From Daphnia carinata (taxonomy: Eukaryota): 64,000 nt of DNA. The translations under genes were made by a program, and so were the position numbers. Shown here piece after piece: positions 39,920-53,100 of the stretch; the stretch's first letter is position 1; each line of letters opens with the position of its first letter. A model generated the notes under the pieces. The model worked only from the letters and a program-made list of their open reading frames with translations. It did not search any database and was not told the DNA's origin. The stretch spans positions 2,790,001-2,854,000 of the forward strand of contig NC_081332.1 in the NCBI RefSeq assembly GCF_022539665.2. Reading direction: 5' to 3'.

Positions 39920-41635
39920 GGAGGGTAATCTCTGGGGCTGAAGAGGACACTGGACAATGAGGATCGCCGTCGCAGCCACTCTAATATAGCCAAGGATTTT
40001 GAGGTATTTATTTAAAAATTCAGTATCTAACCATTTATTTTTATTTATTTATACCGATCTGGAAGGCAACATCTCTACCGAAGAGGACCTTTGGACAACG
40101 GCAGGATATCCGCCCAAAATTCCAAGGTATTTCAAAAATTGAAGTTCCTTACCATGTTCATTGTATTAATCTGTGTATAGGAGGGCTGGCAACACTACCG
40201 AGAAGGATTACTCGACGTCAGGGGATCGCCGCCGAAGTCGCCAACAATTGCCAGGTATAACTTAAATAATTGTAAGTGTTTAATCGTGTTTTTTTTTATG
40301 TATTTAGGATGGTCCACATCAACACCGCGGTGGGCTACTGGACAACGAGGTTCGCTGTCGGAGCCACCAGGAACAGTCGCCAAAAATTGTGAAGTATTTA
40401 TTTGAAAGTCTTAGGTTGTGAACTATGATTTTATTTTTTTTATGTATTTAGGAGGGCTTCACCGCCATCGAAGAGGATGGTGGACATCGAGGATTGTTGC
40501 TGGAGTAAGAAGATGGTCGCAATGGATGTATCAGGTATATGTTATACACGTTAAGTAATCGTGTTTTTATTTATATATTTAGGATGGTCCAGATCACCAT
40601 CGAAGAGGGCAACTGGATAGTGACGCTCGCCGACGGAACGTTAAGTTATCAAGTATTTCATTGAAAGTTTAACCATCATTTCATTCACCGTTAGTTTATT
40701 ATTTTTTTTTTTATGTGTTCAGGAGGGTGTCATCATTGCCGAAGATGACCACTGGACAACGTGGTTCGCCGTCGTATCCACCAGGATTATCGCCCAAACT
40801 TGTCAAGTATTTAATTGAAAGTTGTATGTTTTACACCATTTTATTTTGTTTTTGTATGTATTTAGGAGGGCTCCACCACCATCGAAGAGCATACTGAGCA
40901 TCGAGGATCGCCGCTGTAGCGACGAGATTGTCGGCACGGGTATTGAGGTTTTTTTAAAATACGTCTAAGTGTTAAATCACGTGTTTTGTTTTTTTATGTA
41001 TCCGAGAGGGCTTCACCACCACCAAAGAGGACGCTGGAGCATCGATATCGTACCGTGGATGTTTCAGGTACATCATTTACTCGTTTAATTGTGTATTCAT
41101 GTTTTTGTTTTGTAATTAGAAGGGTTCCATCACTAGACAACGAGGTTCGCCGTCGGAGCTAAAAGGATCGTCGCCCAATATTGTCAAGTATTTCATTGAA
41201 AGTTTTACGTCTTACACCATTAATTTATTTTGTTTTTTATGTGTTTACGAGGGCGCCATCGTCGCCGAAGAGGAACATTGGGCAGCGTGGTTCGCCGTGG
41301 GAGTCACCGGTATTGTCACACAAAATCGTCAGGTATTTCATTCAAAGTTATAAGTTTTACACTATGATCTCATCTTGTTTTAATGTATTTAGGAGGCCCG
41401 CATCACCATCTGAGAGGATGCTGGACATCGAGGATCGCCGGTGGAGCAACGAGATTGTCGCAATGGATGTTTCAGGTATATTTCTTTACATGTTTATTTG
41501 CCTAACCATGTTTTTTTTATGTATTTAGGAGGGATCCGTCGTCGCTGAATAGGACTACCGGACGTCGTGGAGTGTCGTTGGAGCAACGGAAATCGCCGCC
41601 TATTCCGTCGGACACGCCCATTAGGTCGATGGGGG
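39920..41635 (+). repeat. SPKR exon-like array, copy B
   Basis: Duplicate of 7349-9065. Confidence 0.85.
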
Positions 41636-43965
41636 GAAAAAAATAGTACGGTTGAGTATTGCCTAATAGGCATTTTTCTACTTTATTCCATGTTACTCGT
41701 GTGTTTTACAAATGTGTTGCTCTTGTCCTTTGTTCCTTACCGTTATTTTTCCTTACGCATTACAGCTTATAGTTTTAACTCTCACTTAGCAAGCAAATTC
41801 ACTGCACCTGTACCCCACGGTTCACTCACGGTTTGTTTGCATTTTTGCACCGGGTTGGGATTAGCGAATCAGGTAATGTAGGCCTGCTTACATTGGTTTC
41901 AGGCCAAGGATTTAGTTGGTACAGGTTACTAACACTTACTACTTCTAAAAAAAAAATAAAAAAAAAAAAATCTATTTTATGTCTGCATACTCTTCTTTTT
42001 GAGTATGGTTTAGTGGCTTGAGTAACATATAAATAAAATAATAATCGCGTGCGACCGGGTTGTAAACCCCGATTTGACAACCCGACAAAAACGTGATGGG
42101 GCAGTAACCCTTTCAACCTGTCCCGTAGGCAAGAATGAACAACCCGCTGAACAAGAAACCGGTTCGAGCGATACGGGTTTGTGGGGCTGATTGGTCTCAG
42201 TTTTACTCAACGAAATGGATGTGTTGCAACGCTGTCTCAAACGTCTGCACAGGAGTCCTTACCTCAGTTTTTTCTGAGTGCAGAAAGTTATTCAAACCAA
42301 GGATACAGGTACATATTTGACAATTTCTCGATTCTTTATTTAGCATTTAATTCAGCTTTGTTTGTTTTAGAATATAAAAGACTTGAAGCGAACGGGAAGA
42401 TATAGCAGAATTAAACACAATTCACGAGGACTGGCCGCAGGGTTAAAATGGTACTGAGGTATAGTTCAGCATGCGACTATACAATACTAATATGTAAAGC
42501 CTTGACCACAGAAAACAACGGAATCTTAGAAATCCTCCTTGATCGCGGAATTCAGACCAGAATCGTGAGTTGCATTGCATTTAATTCATTTCACTTAAAA
42601 AAAAAAATAAGCTCAGTAGCTGGTTTACCTGCAAACGATATTCATTAATGTAGATCATCGCGGCAAAAGATGGTGTAGTGATTCAGAGAATTTTCATACG
42701 CCCATGTAGTTTTCGTCTACAAGTTGGATATGTTCTTTTTTTTTGTGTACAAACTGGCTAGAATGACAAAGCTGTTAAATGAACTAGTAATTTGTATATT
42801 GGAAAGTGGGGCATACTATGCTGCATTTAAAATTAATGCTCAGCGAAGAAAGATATTAGGGAAAGATTATTAAGAAAGGGAATTATTCACAAAATATATC
42901 TTTCTGATTGGGTTTATTTAATACACCAGCCCAGGGGAAAGGAAATGATATTGCTAAAAATAATACAAATAATCGATGGAAATATATAGCACTTCTAACG
43001 AGTGGGATGGGGGATATTGGTACTTAATTAATTGTTGACTGTGATTATTGATTAATGATAAGTATATAGTTACGTCATTTCGCTGTTTAATAGTTGAACC
43101 GTATAAATCGGTATTTTAAAAATTATAGGTGTTTAGCTTATTGGAAATGTATTACAAATTAAATATGACGAACGTTAATAATAATGACGCTTAATATTAT
43201 ATTGACGTAATTTTATGAATACTAATCGCCTCCAAAACAAATCATCGCTTGTGTTCAGGTTGCGTGTCCGATAAAAATGAACATGGAGTTAATAAAAAAC
43301 AGCTTATTACTCGCTACACAAATTGTGATCCAACGGGCGGTTTTACTAAAGAAATTAGATGTTTTACAACGCTGTTAAACATGTTTCACATAAAGCTACT
43401 GAATCCTATCCGTGACATTGCAGAAAGTTGTTAAACTGTGGCAAAACTTGTACTAAAGTTTAACATTGCATAACTCTGTCAAAATGTAATGTTATAATAT
43501 CAGTAAAAAAAATTAAACCTATCTTGCAACAAATGAAACTGTGTGATGTTAACAAATGTACACTGTCTTGTGCAAAGAAACTCTTCATAGAAAAACTGGG
43601 TGATAAAAACTTAAATTCTTGTATGTGGCTCTTGTAAATTTTGTGGGTTTTTTCCCTCATTGAATTTAATGTTTTTTTATTTTTTCTGCTGTCTGTAATG
43701 CTGTATGTGTTGTGTTTTGTTGTCTCCTTTGTCCTAGCATTTGATTTGCGAAAGATTAGGAAGTTTTAATGTAATGACGATTATATTGTGATTTAACCTC
43801 GTGTATATTAGAAGTACCGATTTAAGTTTTCGTTTATAGTCTGTATTTTTATCACCAGGGAAACATATACATATTCATTTCACACAATTTATTATAACTG
43901 AAACATTTACACAATTGACACTACATACAACAACTATACACAATTTGACACCCAAAGAATTTTCC

Positions 43966-44035
43966 GTAACTATAGGGTATTGAACCCTAATATTCGGCGT
44001 AGCTTGCCGATGCTCAACCATTGAGCTATAGTCAC
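43966..44035 (-). ncRNA. tRNA-like cloverleaf (anticodon position GCT, non-canonical loop), left-arm copy
   Basis: Reverse complement of 46004-46073. Confidence 0.55.
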
Positions 44036-44094
44036 TTACAATTTCAATGTTTTATACCTTGAGTCAACGCACGAAAATATTGTATAGTTAATGT

Positions 44095-44750
44095 TTTAAT
44101 CTTGCTATACTATTTGTCAGTCTGACCAGTAAATGTATGTGTATCATGGCGTATATGTAGAGGTTCCAATTACGGTGTCAGAAGTTTGAGGTTCAAATCC
44201 AGTAAGGTATAGAAATAACAAAAAAGCATTAATTAAACGTAACAAATCTTTACTTATATTTTAACATTGCTATAGTATTTGGCAGTCTGACCAATTAATG
44301 TACTTGTATAATGGCACGTCTGTTGAAGGTCCGTCTACGATGTCAGAAGACAAAGGTTCAAATCCATTAAGAGGTAAAAAACGAAAATTTAATATACTAT
44401 CTTTTATTTTAACTGTCACTCAAATATTTGAAAATGTGCAAAAGATGACGCTTCGCTATACCATTGGTTAGTCTGACCATACATTTCAAAAATGTTATAG
44501 CATATGTGTAGAGAATCCGGCTACGGTATGAGAAGACTAGGTTTCAAATCGTAGGCATTGCTAAAGTTATCGGAAAACATGCATTAAATACTTTTATGTT
44601 TACTATATTATATTTATTGAATATGTGTAATAGGTTGTCTAAAGATGACTTGCAAAAATGGTTGTCGGCAGAACGTAACTCATGGCTCAATTGTAGAGCA
44701 TTGGCTTCGTAATTCGAATGATTAGGGATCGATCCCCAAAAGAGTTCAGT
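44095..44750 (+). repeat. Tandem degenerate tRNA-derived units (three tRNA-Arg(ACG)-like, one with a CGT-type loop)
   Basis: Repeated agtctgacca..TRGC..gtagag..(c/t)tacg(g/a)t..agaag..GGTTCAAATCC at ~44100, ~44265 and ~44450. Fourth unit tggctcaattgtagagca..ttcgtaa..ggatcgatcccc at ~44680. Confidence 0.6.
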
Positions 44751-46003
44751 CCTAAAATAAATGATTAAAATGAACGAATAGTATCTTCAAAGGTTTCTGA
44801 CATTGCAATTGCTATGCAATAATCCCAAAGGTATAAGACATGATATAACATGAATTTCTATACAATGCATAAGATTTCTAACGTTCATTTCTCGTCGTTC
44901 ATCTGTCTAGACAGAGGACAATGGCTACGGTTAAAATCCGTTGTACATTATACAAATTTCTAGATACTCTATAAAGAGTGATATATCATATTTACTATGC
45001 TACGGTTAAAATACGTTGTAAATTATACAAATTTCTATATACTCAGTAAAGAGTAACATACCATATTTATTGAAATTTTTTACCTTTTTCGAGATTAACA
45101 TTTGGTAAAATATCCGTTCGCGTGCTTCGCACGAAGTTACCCAACTCGACTGGCCCCGTGGAATCGTGACACCTGGGAATGTAGGAAGACTGTGGAATCG
45201 GAGACCTGACTGGGAATCGAACCAGGAAGCTTCGAGTTGGGAAGCGGACGCTTTGCCTTTCTGGCATCTGCCCCCCTATATCCCCCCATTGGGATAAGGT
45301 TTTCTATTGACTTGCGCGCACTGTTACGTTACGTAAGTGTTAAAGACTTAAACTTTCCTGAAGTGTCACAAGTATCTCAATGGTAGAGCATAGACATAGT
45401 TATATGGGATTTGAACCCACGCAATTCAACTATGTTCGTTGTGCAGAAAGGAAAATTTAATAATAGTTTTTGCATTTAGATTGCTGCATATTTATTGCAA
45501 TATTTGAATCATTTGATAGAATTCTAAACATCATGATGGTTTCTGCATTTGGAATTGTAGTATAGCAGTTGCAGTTTTAGAAACCTTGTGCAATGTATAG
45601 AATTTAACATATCGTTTATTTGAATTATTTTAGGATTGAACTCTTTCGGGGATCGATCACAAATCATTCGAATTACGAAGCCAATGCTCTACAATTGAGC
45701 CATGAGTTACGTTCTGCCGACAACCATTTTTGCAAGTCATCTTTAGACAACCTATTACACATATTCAATAAATATATTTGTTTGTTTAAGCATTTGTTAC
45801 GTTTAATTAATGCTTTTTTGTTATTTCTATACCTTACAGGATTTGAACCTCAAACTTCTGACACCGTAATTGGAACCTCTACATATACGCCATGATACAC
45901 ATACATTTACTGGTCAGACTGACAAATAGTATAGCAAGATTAAAACATTAACTATACAATATTTTCGTGCGTTGACTCAAGGTATAAAACATTGAAATTG
46001 TAA

Positions 46004-46074
46004 GTGACTATAGCTCAATGGTTGAGCATCGGCAAGCTACGCCGAATATTAGGGTTCAATACCCTATAGTTACG
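46004..46074 (+). ncRNA. tRNA-like cloverleaf, right-arm copy
   Basis: GTGACTA/TAGTTAC acceptor stem, GCTC-AATGGTT-GAGC D arm, TCGGC-AAGCTAC-GCCGA anticodon arm, 4-nt variable region, TAGGG-TTCAATA-CCCTA T arm. Confidence 0.55.
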
Positions 46075-48404
46075 GAAAATTCAATGGGTGTCAAATTGTG
46101 TATAGTTGTTGTATGTAGTGTCAATTGTGTAAATGTTTCAGTAATAATAAATTGTGTGAAATGAATATGTATGTTTCCCTGGTGATAAAAATACAGACTA
46201 TAAACGAAAACTTAAATCGGTACTTCTAATATACACGAGGTTAAATCACAATATAATCGTCATTACATTAAAACTTCCTAATATTTCGCAAATCAAATGC
46301 TAGGACAAAGGAGACAACAAAACACAACACATACAGCATTACAGACAGCAGAAAAATAAAAAAACAATAAATTCAATGAGGGAAAAAACCCACAAAATTT
46401 ACAAGAGCCACATACAAGAATTTAAGTTTTTATCACCCAGTTTTCTATGAAGAGTTTCTTTTGCACAAGACAGTGTACATTTTTTAACATCACACAGTTT
46501 CATTTGTTGCAAGATAAGTTTAATTTTTTTTACTGATATTATAACATTACATTTTGACAGAGTTATGCAATGTTAAACCTTAGTACAAGTTTTGCCACAG
46601 TTTAACAACTTTCTGCAATGTCACGGATAGGATTCAGTAGCTTTATGTGAAACATGTTTAACAGCGTTGTAAAACATCTAATTTCTTTAGTAAAACCGCC
46701 CGTTGGATCACAATTTGTGTAGCGAGTAATAAGCTGTTTTTTATTAATTCCATGTTCATTTTTATCGGACACGCAACCTGAACACAAGCGATGATTTGTT
46801 TTGGAGGCGATTAGTATTCATAAAATTACGTCAATATAATATTAAGCGTCATTATTATTAACGTTCGTCATATTTAATTTGTAATACATTTCCAATAAGC
46901 TAAACACCTATAATTTTTAAAATACCGATTTATATGGTTCAACTATTAAACAGCGAAATGACGTAACTATATACTTATCATTAATCAATAATCACAGTCA
47001 ACAATTAATTAAGTACCAATATCCCCCATCCCACTCGTTAGTAGTGCTATATATTTCCATCGATTATTTGTATTATTTTTAGCAATATCATTTCCTTTCC
47101 CCTGGGCTGGTGTATTAAATAAACCCAACCAGAAAGATATATTTTGTGAATAATTCCCTTTCTTAATAATCTTTCCCTAATATCTTTCTTCGCTGAGCAT
47201 TAATTTTAAATGCAGCATAGTATGCCCCACTTTCCAATATACAAATTACTAGTTCATTTAACAGCTTTGTCATTCTAGCCAGTTTGTACACAAAAAAAAA
47301 GAACATATCCAACTTGTAGACGAAAACTACATGGGCGTATGAAAATTCTCTGAATCACTACACCATCTTTTGCCGCGATGATCTACATTAATGAATATCG
47401 TTTGCAGGTAAACCAGCTACTGAGCTTATTTTTTTTTTTAAGTGAAATGAATTAAATGCAATGCAACTCACGATTCTGGTCTGAATTCCGCGATCAAGGA
47501 GGATTTCTAAGATTCCGTTGTTTTCTGTGGTCAAGGCTTTACATATTAGTATTGTATAGTCGCATGCTGAACTATACCTCAGTACCATTTTAACCCTGCG
47601 GCCAGTCCTCGTGAATTGTGTTTAATTCTGCTATATCTTCCCGTTCGCTTCAAGTCTTTTATATTCTAAAACAAACAAAGCTGAATTAAATGCTAAATAA
47701 AGAATCGAGAAATTGTCAAATATGTACCTGTATCCTTGGTTTGAATAACTTTCTGCACTCAGAAAAAACTGAGGTAAGGACTCCTGTGCAGACGTTTGAG
47801 ACAGCGTTGCAACACATCCATTTCGTTGAGTAAAACTGAGACCAATCAGCCCCACAAACCCGTATCGCTCGAACCGGTTTCTTGTTCAGCGGGTTGTTCA
47901 TTCTTGCCTACGGGACAGGTTGAAAGGGTTACTGCCCCATCACGTTTTTGTCGGGTTGTCAAATCGGGGTTTACAACCCGGTCGCACGCGATTATTATTT
48001 TATTTATATGTTACTCAAGCCACTAAACCATACTCAAAAAGAAGAGTATGCAGACATAAAATAGATTTTTTTTTTTTATTTTTTTTTTTAGAAGTAGTAA
48101 GTGTTAGTAACCTGTACCAACTAAATCCTTGGCCTGAAACCAATGTAAGCAGGCCTACATTACCTGATTCGCTAATCCCAACCCGGTGCAAAAATGCAAA
48201 CAAACCGTGAGTGAACCGTGGGGTACAGGTGCAGTGAATTTGCTTGCTAAGTGAGAGTTAAAACTATAAGCTGTAATGCGTAAGGAAAAATAACGGTAAG
48301 GAACAAAGGACAAGAGCAACACATTTGTAAAACACACGAGTAACATGGAATAAAGTAGAAAAATGCCTATTAGGCAATACTCAACCGTACTATTTTTTTC
48401 CCCC

Positions 48405-50128
48405 CATCGACCTAATGGGCGTGTCCGACGGAATAGGCGGCGATTTCCGTTGCTCCAACGACACTCCACGACGTCCGGTAGTCCTATTCAGCGACGACGG
48501 ATCCCTCCTAAATACATAAAAAAAACATGGTTAGGCAAATAAACATGTAAAGAAATATACCTGAAACATCCATTGCGACAATCTCGTTGCTCCACCGGCG
48601 ATCCTCGATGTCCAGCATCCTCTCAGATGGTGATGCGGGCCTCCTAAATACATTAAAACAAGATGAGATCATAGTGTAAAACTTATAACTTTGAATGAAA
48701 TACCTGACGATTTTGTGTGACAATACCGGTGACTCCCACGGCGAACCACGCTGCCCAATGTTCCTCTTCGGCGACGATGGCGCCCTCGTAAACACATAAA
48801 AAACAAAATAAATTAATGGTGTAAGACGTAAAACTTTCAATGAAATACTTGACAATATTGGGCGACGATCCTTTTAGCTCCGACGGCGAACCTCGTTGTC
48901 TAGTGATGGAACCCTTCTAATTACAAAACAAAAACATGAATACACAATTAAACGAGTAAATGATGTACCTGAAACATCCACGGTACGATATCGATGCTCC
49001 AGCGTCCTCTTTGGTGGTGGTGAAGCCCTCTCGGATACATAAAAAAACAAAACACGTGATTTAACACTTAGACGTATTTTAAAAAAACCTCAATACCCGT
49101 GCCGACAATCTCGTCGCTACAGCGGCGATCCTCGATGCTCAGTATGCTCTTCGATGGTGGTGGAGCCCTCCTAAATACATACAAAAACAAAATAAAATGG
49201 TGTAAAACATACAACTTTCAATTAAATACTTGACAAGTTTGGGCGATAATCCTGGTGGATACGACGGCGAACCACGTTGTCCAGTGGTCATCTTCGGCAA
49301 TGATGACACCCTCCTGAACACATAAAAAAAAAAAAAATAAACTAACGGTGAATGAAATGATGGTTAAACTTTCAATGAAATACTTGATAACTTAACGTTC
49401 CGTCGGCGAGCGTCACTATCCAGTTGCCCTCTTCGATGGTGATCTGGACCATCCTAAATATATAAATAAAAACACGATTACTTAACGTGTATAACATATA
49501 CCTGATACATCCATTGCGACCATCTTCTTACTCCAGCAACAATCCTCGATGTCCACCATCCTCTTCGATGGCGGTGAAGCCCTCCTAAATACATAAAAAA
49601 AAATAAAATCATAGTTCACAACCTAAGACTTTCAAATAAATACTTCACAATTTTTGGCGACTGTTCCTGGTGGCTCCGACAGCGAACCTCGTTGTCCAGT
49701 AGCCCACCGCGGTGTTGATGTGGACCATCCTAAATACATAAAAAAAAACACGATTAAACACTTACAATTATTTAAGTTATACCTGGCAATTGTTGGCGAC
49801 TTCGGCGGCGATCCCCTGACGTCGAGTAATCCTTCTCGGTAGTGTTGCCAGCCCTCCTATACACAGATTAATACAATGAACATGGTAAGGAACTTCAATT
49901 TTTGAAATACCTTGGAATTTTGGGCGGATATCCTGCCGATAACCCCCGTTGTCCAAAGGTCCTCTTCGGTAGAGATGTTGCCTTCCAGATCGGTATAAAT
50001 AAATAAAAATAAATGGTTAGATACTGAATTTTTAAATAAATACCTCAAAATCCTTGGCTATATTAGAGTGGCTGCGACGGCGATCCTCATTGTCCAGTGT
50101 CCTCTTCAGCCCCAGAGATTACCCTCCT
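48405..50128 (-). repeat. SPKR exon-like array, inverted copy C
   Basis: Reverse complement of 39920-41635, with a 10-bp insertion near 49937. Confidence 0.85.
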
Positions 50129-53100
50129 GATTGTACAAAAGAGAAAAAAAAAACATTTTTCTTTTGAATATTTCATCAGCAATAAGTGTCATCTTAATTC
50201 TAACAGGATCAGATACACAAATTACAGTTACATTGGATAAAAATTTCCTGAAAATAAATTGGTTATTAATCGTTCGATAATGATCAGGAGGTTGTTTGGA
50301 TTGGCAGTTCATGTGGAAATTGTGTGAAAAAGTTGAAATGTACGATTTTTAGTAAGCAAATGGTTTGCGAACAACGACTACGGTTCATAATTGCATAAAA
50401 AAGTGAAAGAAAGTGGCTGAGATAGTGTTGTGCAAAGGTAACATATTGAGGTGGACTACGCTTACGCCTTACTTAAAGTAGCCTTACTCTTAACTTAACT
50501 TTAGACCTACTAATCCTTAACTTAATCTACGTTTATCTAATTCATCTAGACTTATCGTACTACCCAACTAAACAAGTCCAGTGCAGAGGCTAACCCAGGT
50601 GCTGATGCAGTGCGTTATTGATGCGTAGTTGATGAATCTACAAATTGCGAAAGCTGGCTGCACGTGCGAAAGTTCTAAGAATAATTAGACGTGGATTTCA
50701 AGCAACAAATGTACACTAGTGCACCACGTGCAGGTGAAAGAGCTACTGAGCTACTGAGCTTCTAGCTTCTTTTTTGCTTCATCCCCCCTCCCCTCGCCTT
50801 TTTTGTGTATGCCCGAGGTTCTTCATCTGTTTTAGGCACTTGGAAAGAAACAAGAAAAATGCAAAAAAAAAAAAAAAAAAAAAAGAAAAGAAAATAAAAA
50901 AAACCAAGTAACCTAGGGTCAATCGATGGGGAATGGCTATAACCTCGGGCTCACCTGGAAATAAAAATTTGCCCTTCAACCTATCGACCTTCAGAATTAG
51001 GTCCCTCTACCCTACGCTCTACTTCCGGGAAAGCAATAATGTGACACGTGTCTGCGAGTATTTAAGGCGTCGTCTAGACGCTAGATATTCACATTCGTAC
51101 GGAGTCTTGCTTCTACAAATATACCACAACTATATCACCATCGTCAATCGATTCGCTTATCAGGTAAGTTGAATTTATGCTAACTAGCTTCATTGTCTTC
51201 TTTAATTGTAGAAAGTTAGAGGATATCTCTACTTCAATTAAATTAGTTCTAAATCTATGTTAGTAAACTAATTCTTAATTAAATCAAACTGTTACCAATA
51301 GCATTCCATTTCTTTTAGGAACGACCCTTTCAATCCATGTGTGAGTAGGTGCTGGCGTGTTTACTCTGGCTGCCTTTCAAACTGATTCAAATGAGGTATT
51401 GAAATTTGTTAAGTACCACTAATTAATTAAAAAATTTATAGTACCATACTTTATGTTTGTTGCTACTCTTAGGTTTCATCACTGCTGGTATTCATCATAT
51501 AGTCATGTCCTTTAATTCACATTACTAACCGGATACTTCTGAATGTAAATAGAAATTATTAAACATCGAAAATCTTATCAATAAAGTTTAAATATGTATG
51601 TGTAATTCTTGTACCTGCAAAACACTATTTTAACGTATGCCCTGCATATGTGAATCTACTTGATATTTCAACTGTTCGACTTTGAATAACTATTAAATTA
51701 TTTAATGTTACACTAACCCAAAAAATAATTCTGATCACTAACAAATAAGCAAAGCAAAGTACAATTAAACAAAGTAAAAAGTACAATTATTTTCAATTAG
51801 GTGGGCAAATAAACATTCATAATTGATACACAATATGTCTTACCATAAATAGGTTGGAAAATAATTTTACTAACCTATCATTTCTTCCCATTACTATTAC
51901 TATTGAATTATCCTCAGCACACATGAATCTAATGAAATACATAATATTTACCATACTGTAGTTTACAATGTAGGATTCTGGTCAGTCTATCCTAAAACAC
52001 AATACTTTGAGCAGCATTACTCAGACACCAGCCATATAAAGTGTCATTTCAATGAGTTAATCTAGATAAGTGATATGTTATGTAGAAATGTGTACAAATC
52101 ATACAATTACCATAACTCCTTATTGTTTGAAATTGAAAGGCTATTCAACTGTTAATTATCGAAGTTACAGTGTTAGTCTATGTGTATATATATGTCCATA
52201 GGAACCTATGGTTTACAAAGCTTCGACAAATGTAGATAAAAATTAGTACAATTATTTTCAATTCGTTGGGATAACATGAATTCATAGCTATATATAATAT
52301 ACTTTACCATAAACAGCCTAGAAAATGGTTTTTAACCTGTTAAAAAAATAATAATTTATATTATAAATATTGTCACTCTTTCCCAACAATAATTCCAAAG
52401 TATTTACTTACCATTAGAATATTATTACAATTTCATATTATTACTATTATTATTTCACTTACCAATTGTTGAAATTGATGATAGTTTTCAATCAATGTGT
52501 TTGTAATTCTGGTCAGCCTGTAGTAAAACATGATACTCCTACCATAATAGAAGCCCTTCTCAGTGACATATTCTGCAAACGAACAGCATTATCTACTCCA
52601 ATGCCAGCCATATAGAGTGTCATGTCAATTGAGTAATCTAGATATGTGATAGTTTATACAGAGATGTATACAAAACATACAATTACCATGACTCCTTTTG
52701 TTTGGAATTGAAAGGCTGTTCAACTGCTAGTTATCAAAGTCACAGTATTCGTGGCAAAGTTGTTATCCCAAAATTATCTACAGATAAAAACTAGACACAA
52801 TGTCTGTGTCCCCGCAGAGGGATGTTTAATCGTCCAACCAGCCCGATGTCTTGACGTTAAAATTCCAATCCGTTCTGTTCCAGCTACATTCAGCGGCTAA
52901 AATGACAAAAATTAAAGCAATAAAAATGGAAAGGTATTGTCTAAAGGAATGGCTCTCATGACCTGCAACCACCATTCTTTACACATCCGTACAGCTACCT
53001 AAAAACAAATTAAAATTTCACTTGAAAATGATATGGGAAGTTTTAAGAAAACACAGAAACGCAAAGCAAAGGGTTACCAACATAGTTTCCGTACAATGAT

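Larger units (their letters stand above)
32576..43642 (+). repeat. Direct segmental duplication, copy B of 1-11073
   Basis: Near-identical to window start. Confidence 0.97.
37055..44760 (+). repeat. Left arm of ~16-kb imperfect palindrome
   Basis: Mirror ORFs (e.g. 38880-39119 vs 50933-51172; 43249-43434 vs 46602-46787; coordinate sums ~90036-90052). Left arm has ~360 extra bp (44248-44608). Confidence 0.96.
45625..52995 (-). repeat. Right arm of ~16-kb imperfect palindrome
   Basis: Reverse complement of 37055-44760; identity decays inward (45500-45625) and outward (52995-53090). Confidence 0.96.

Noticed and set aside
37055..52995. Palindrome as a pure read-foldback artefact
   Set aside because: Arms differ by indels and SNPs, fade at both ends and enclose a unique spacer; still needs read confirmation.
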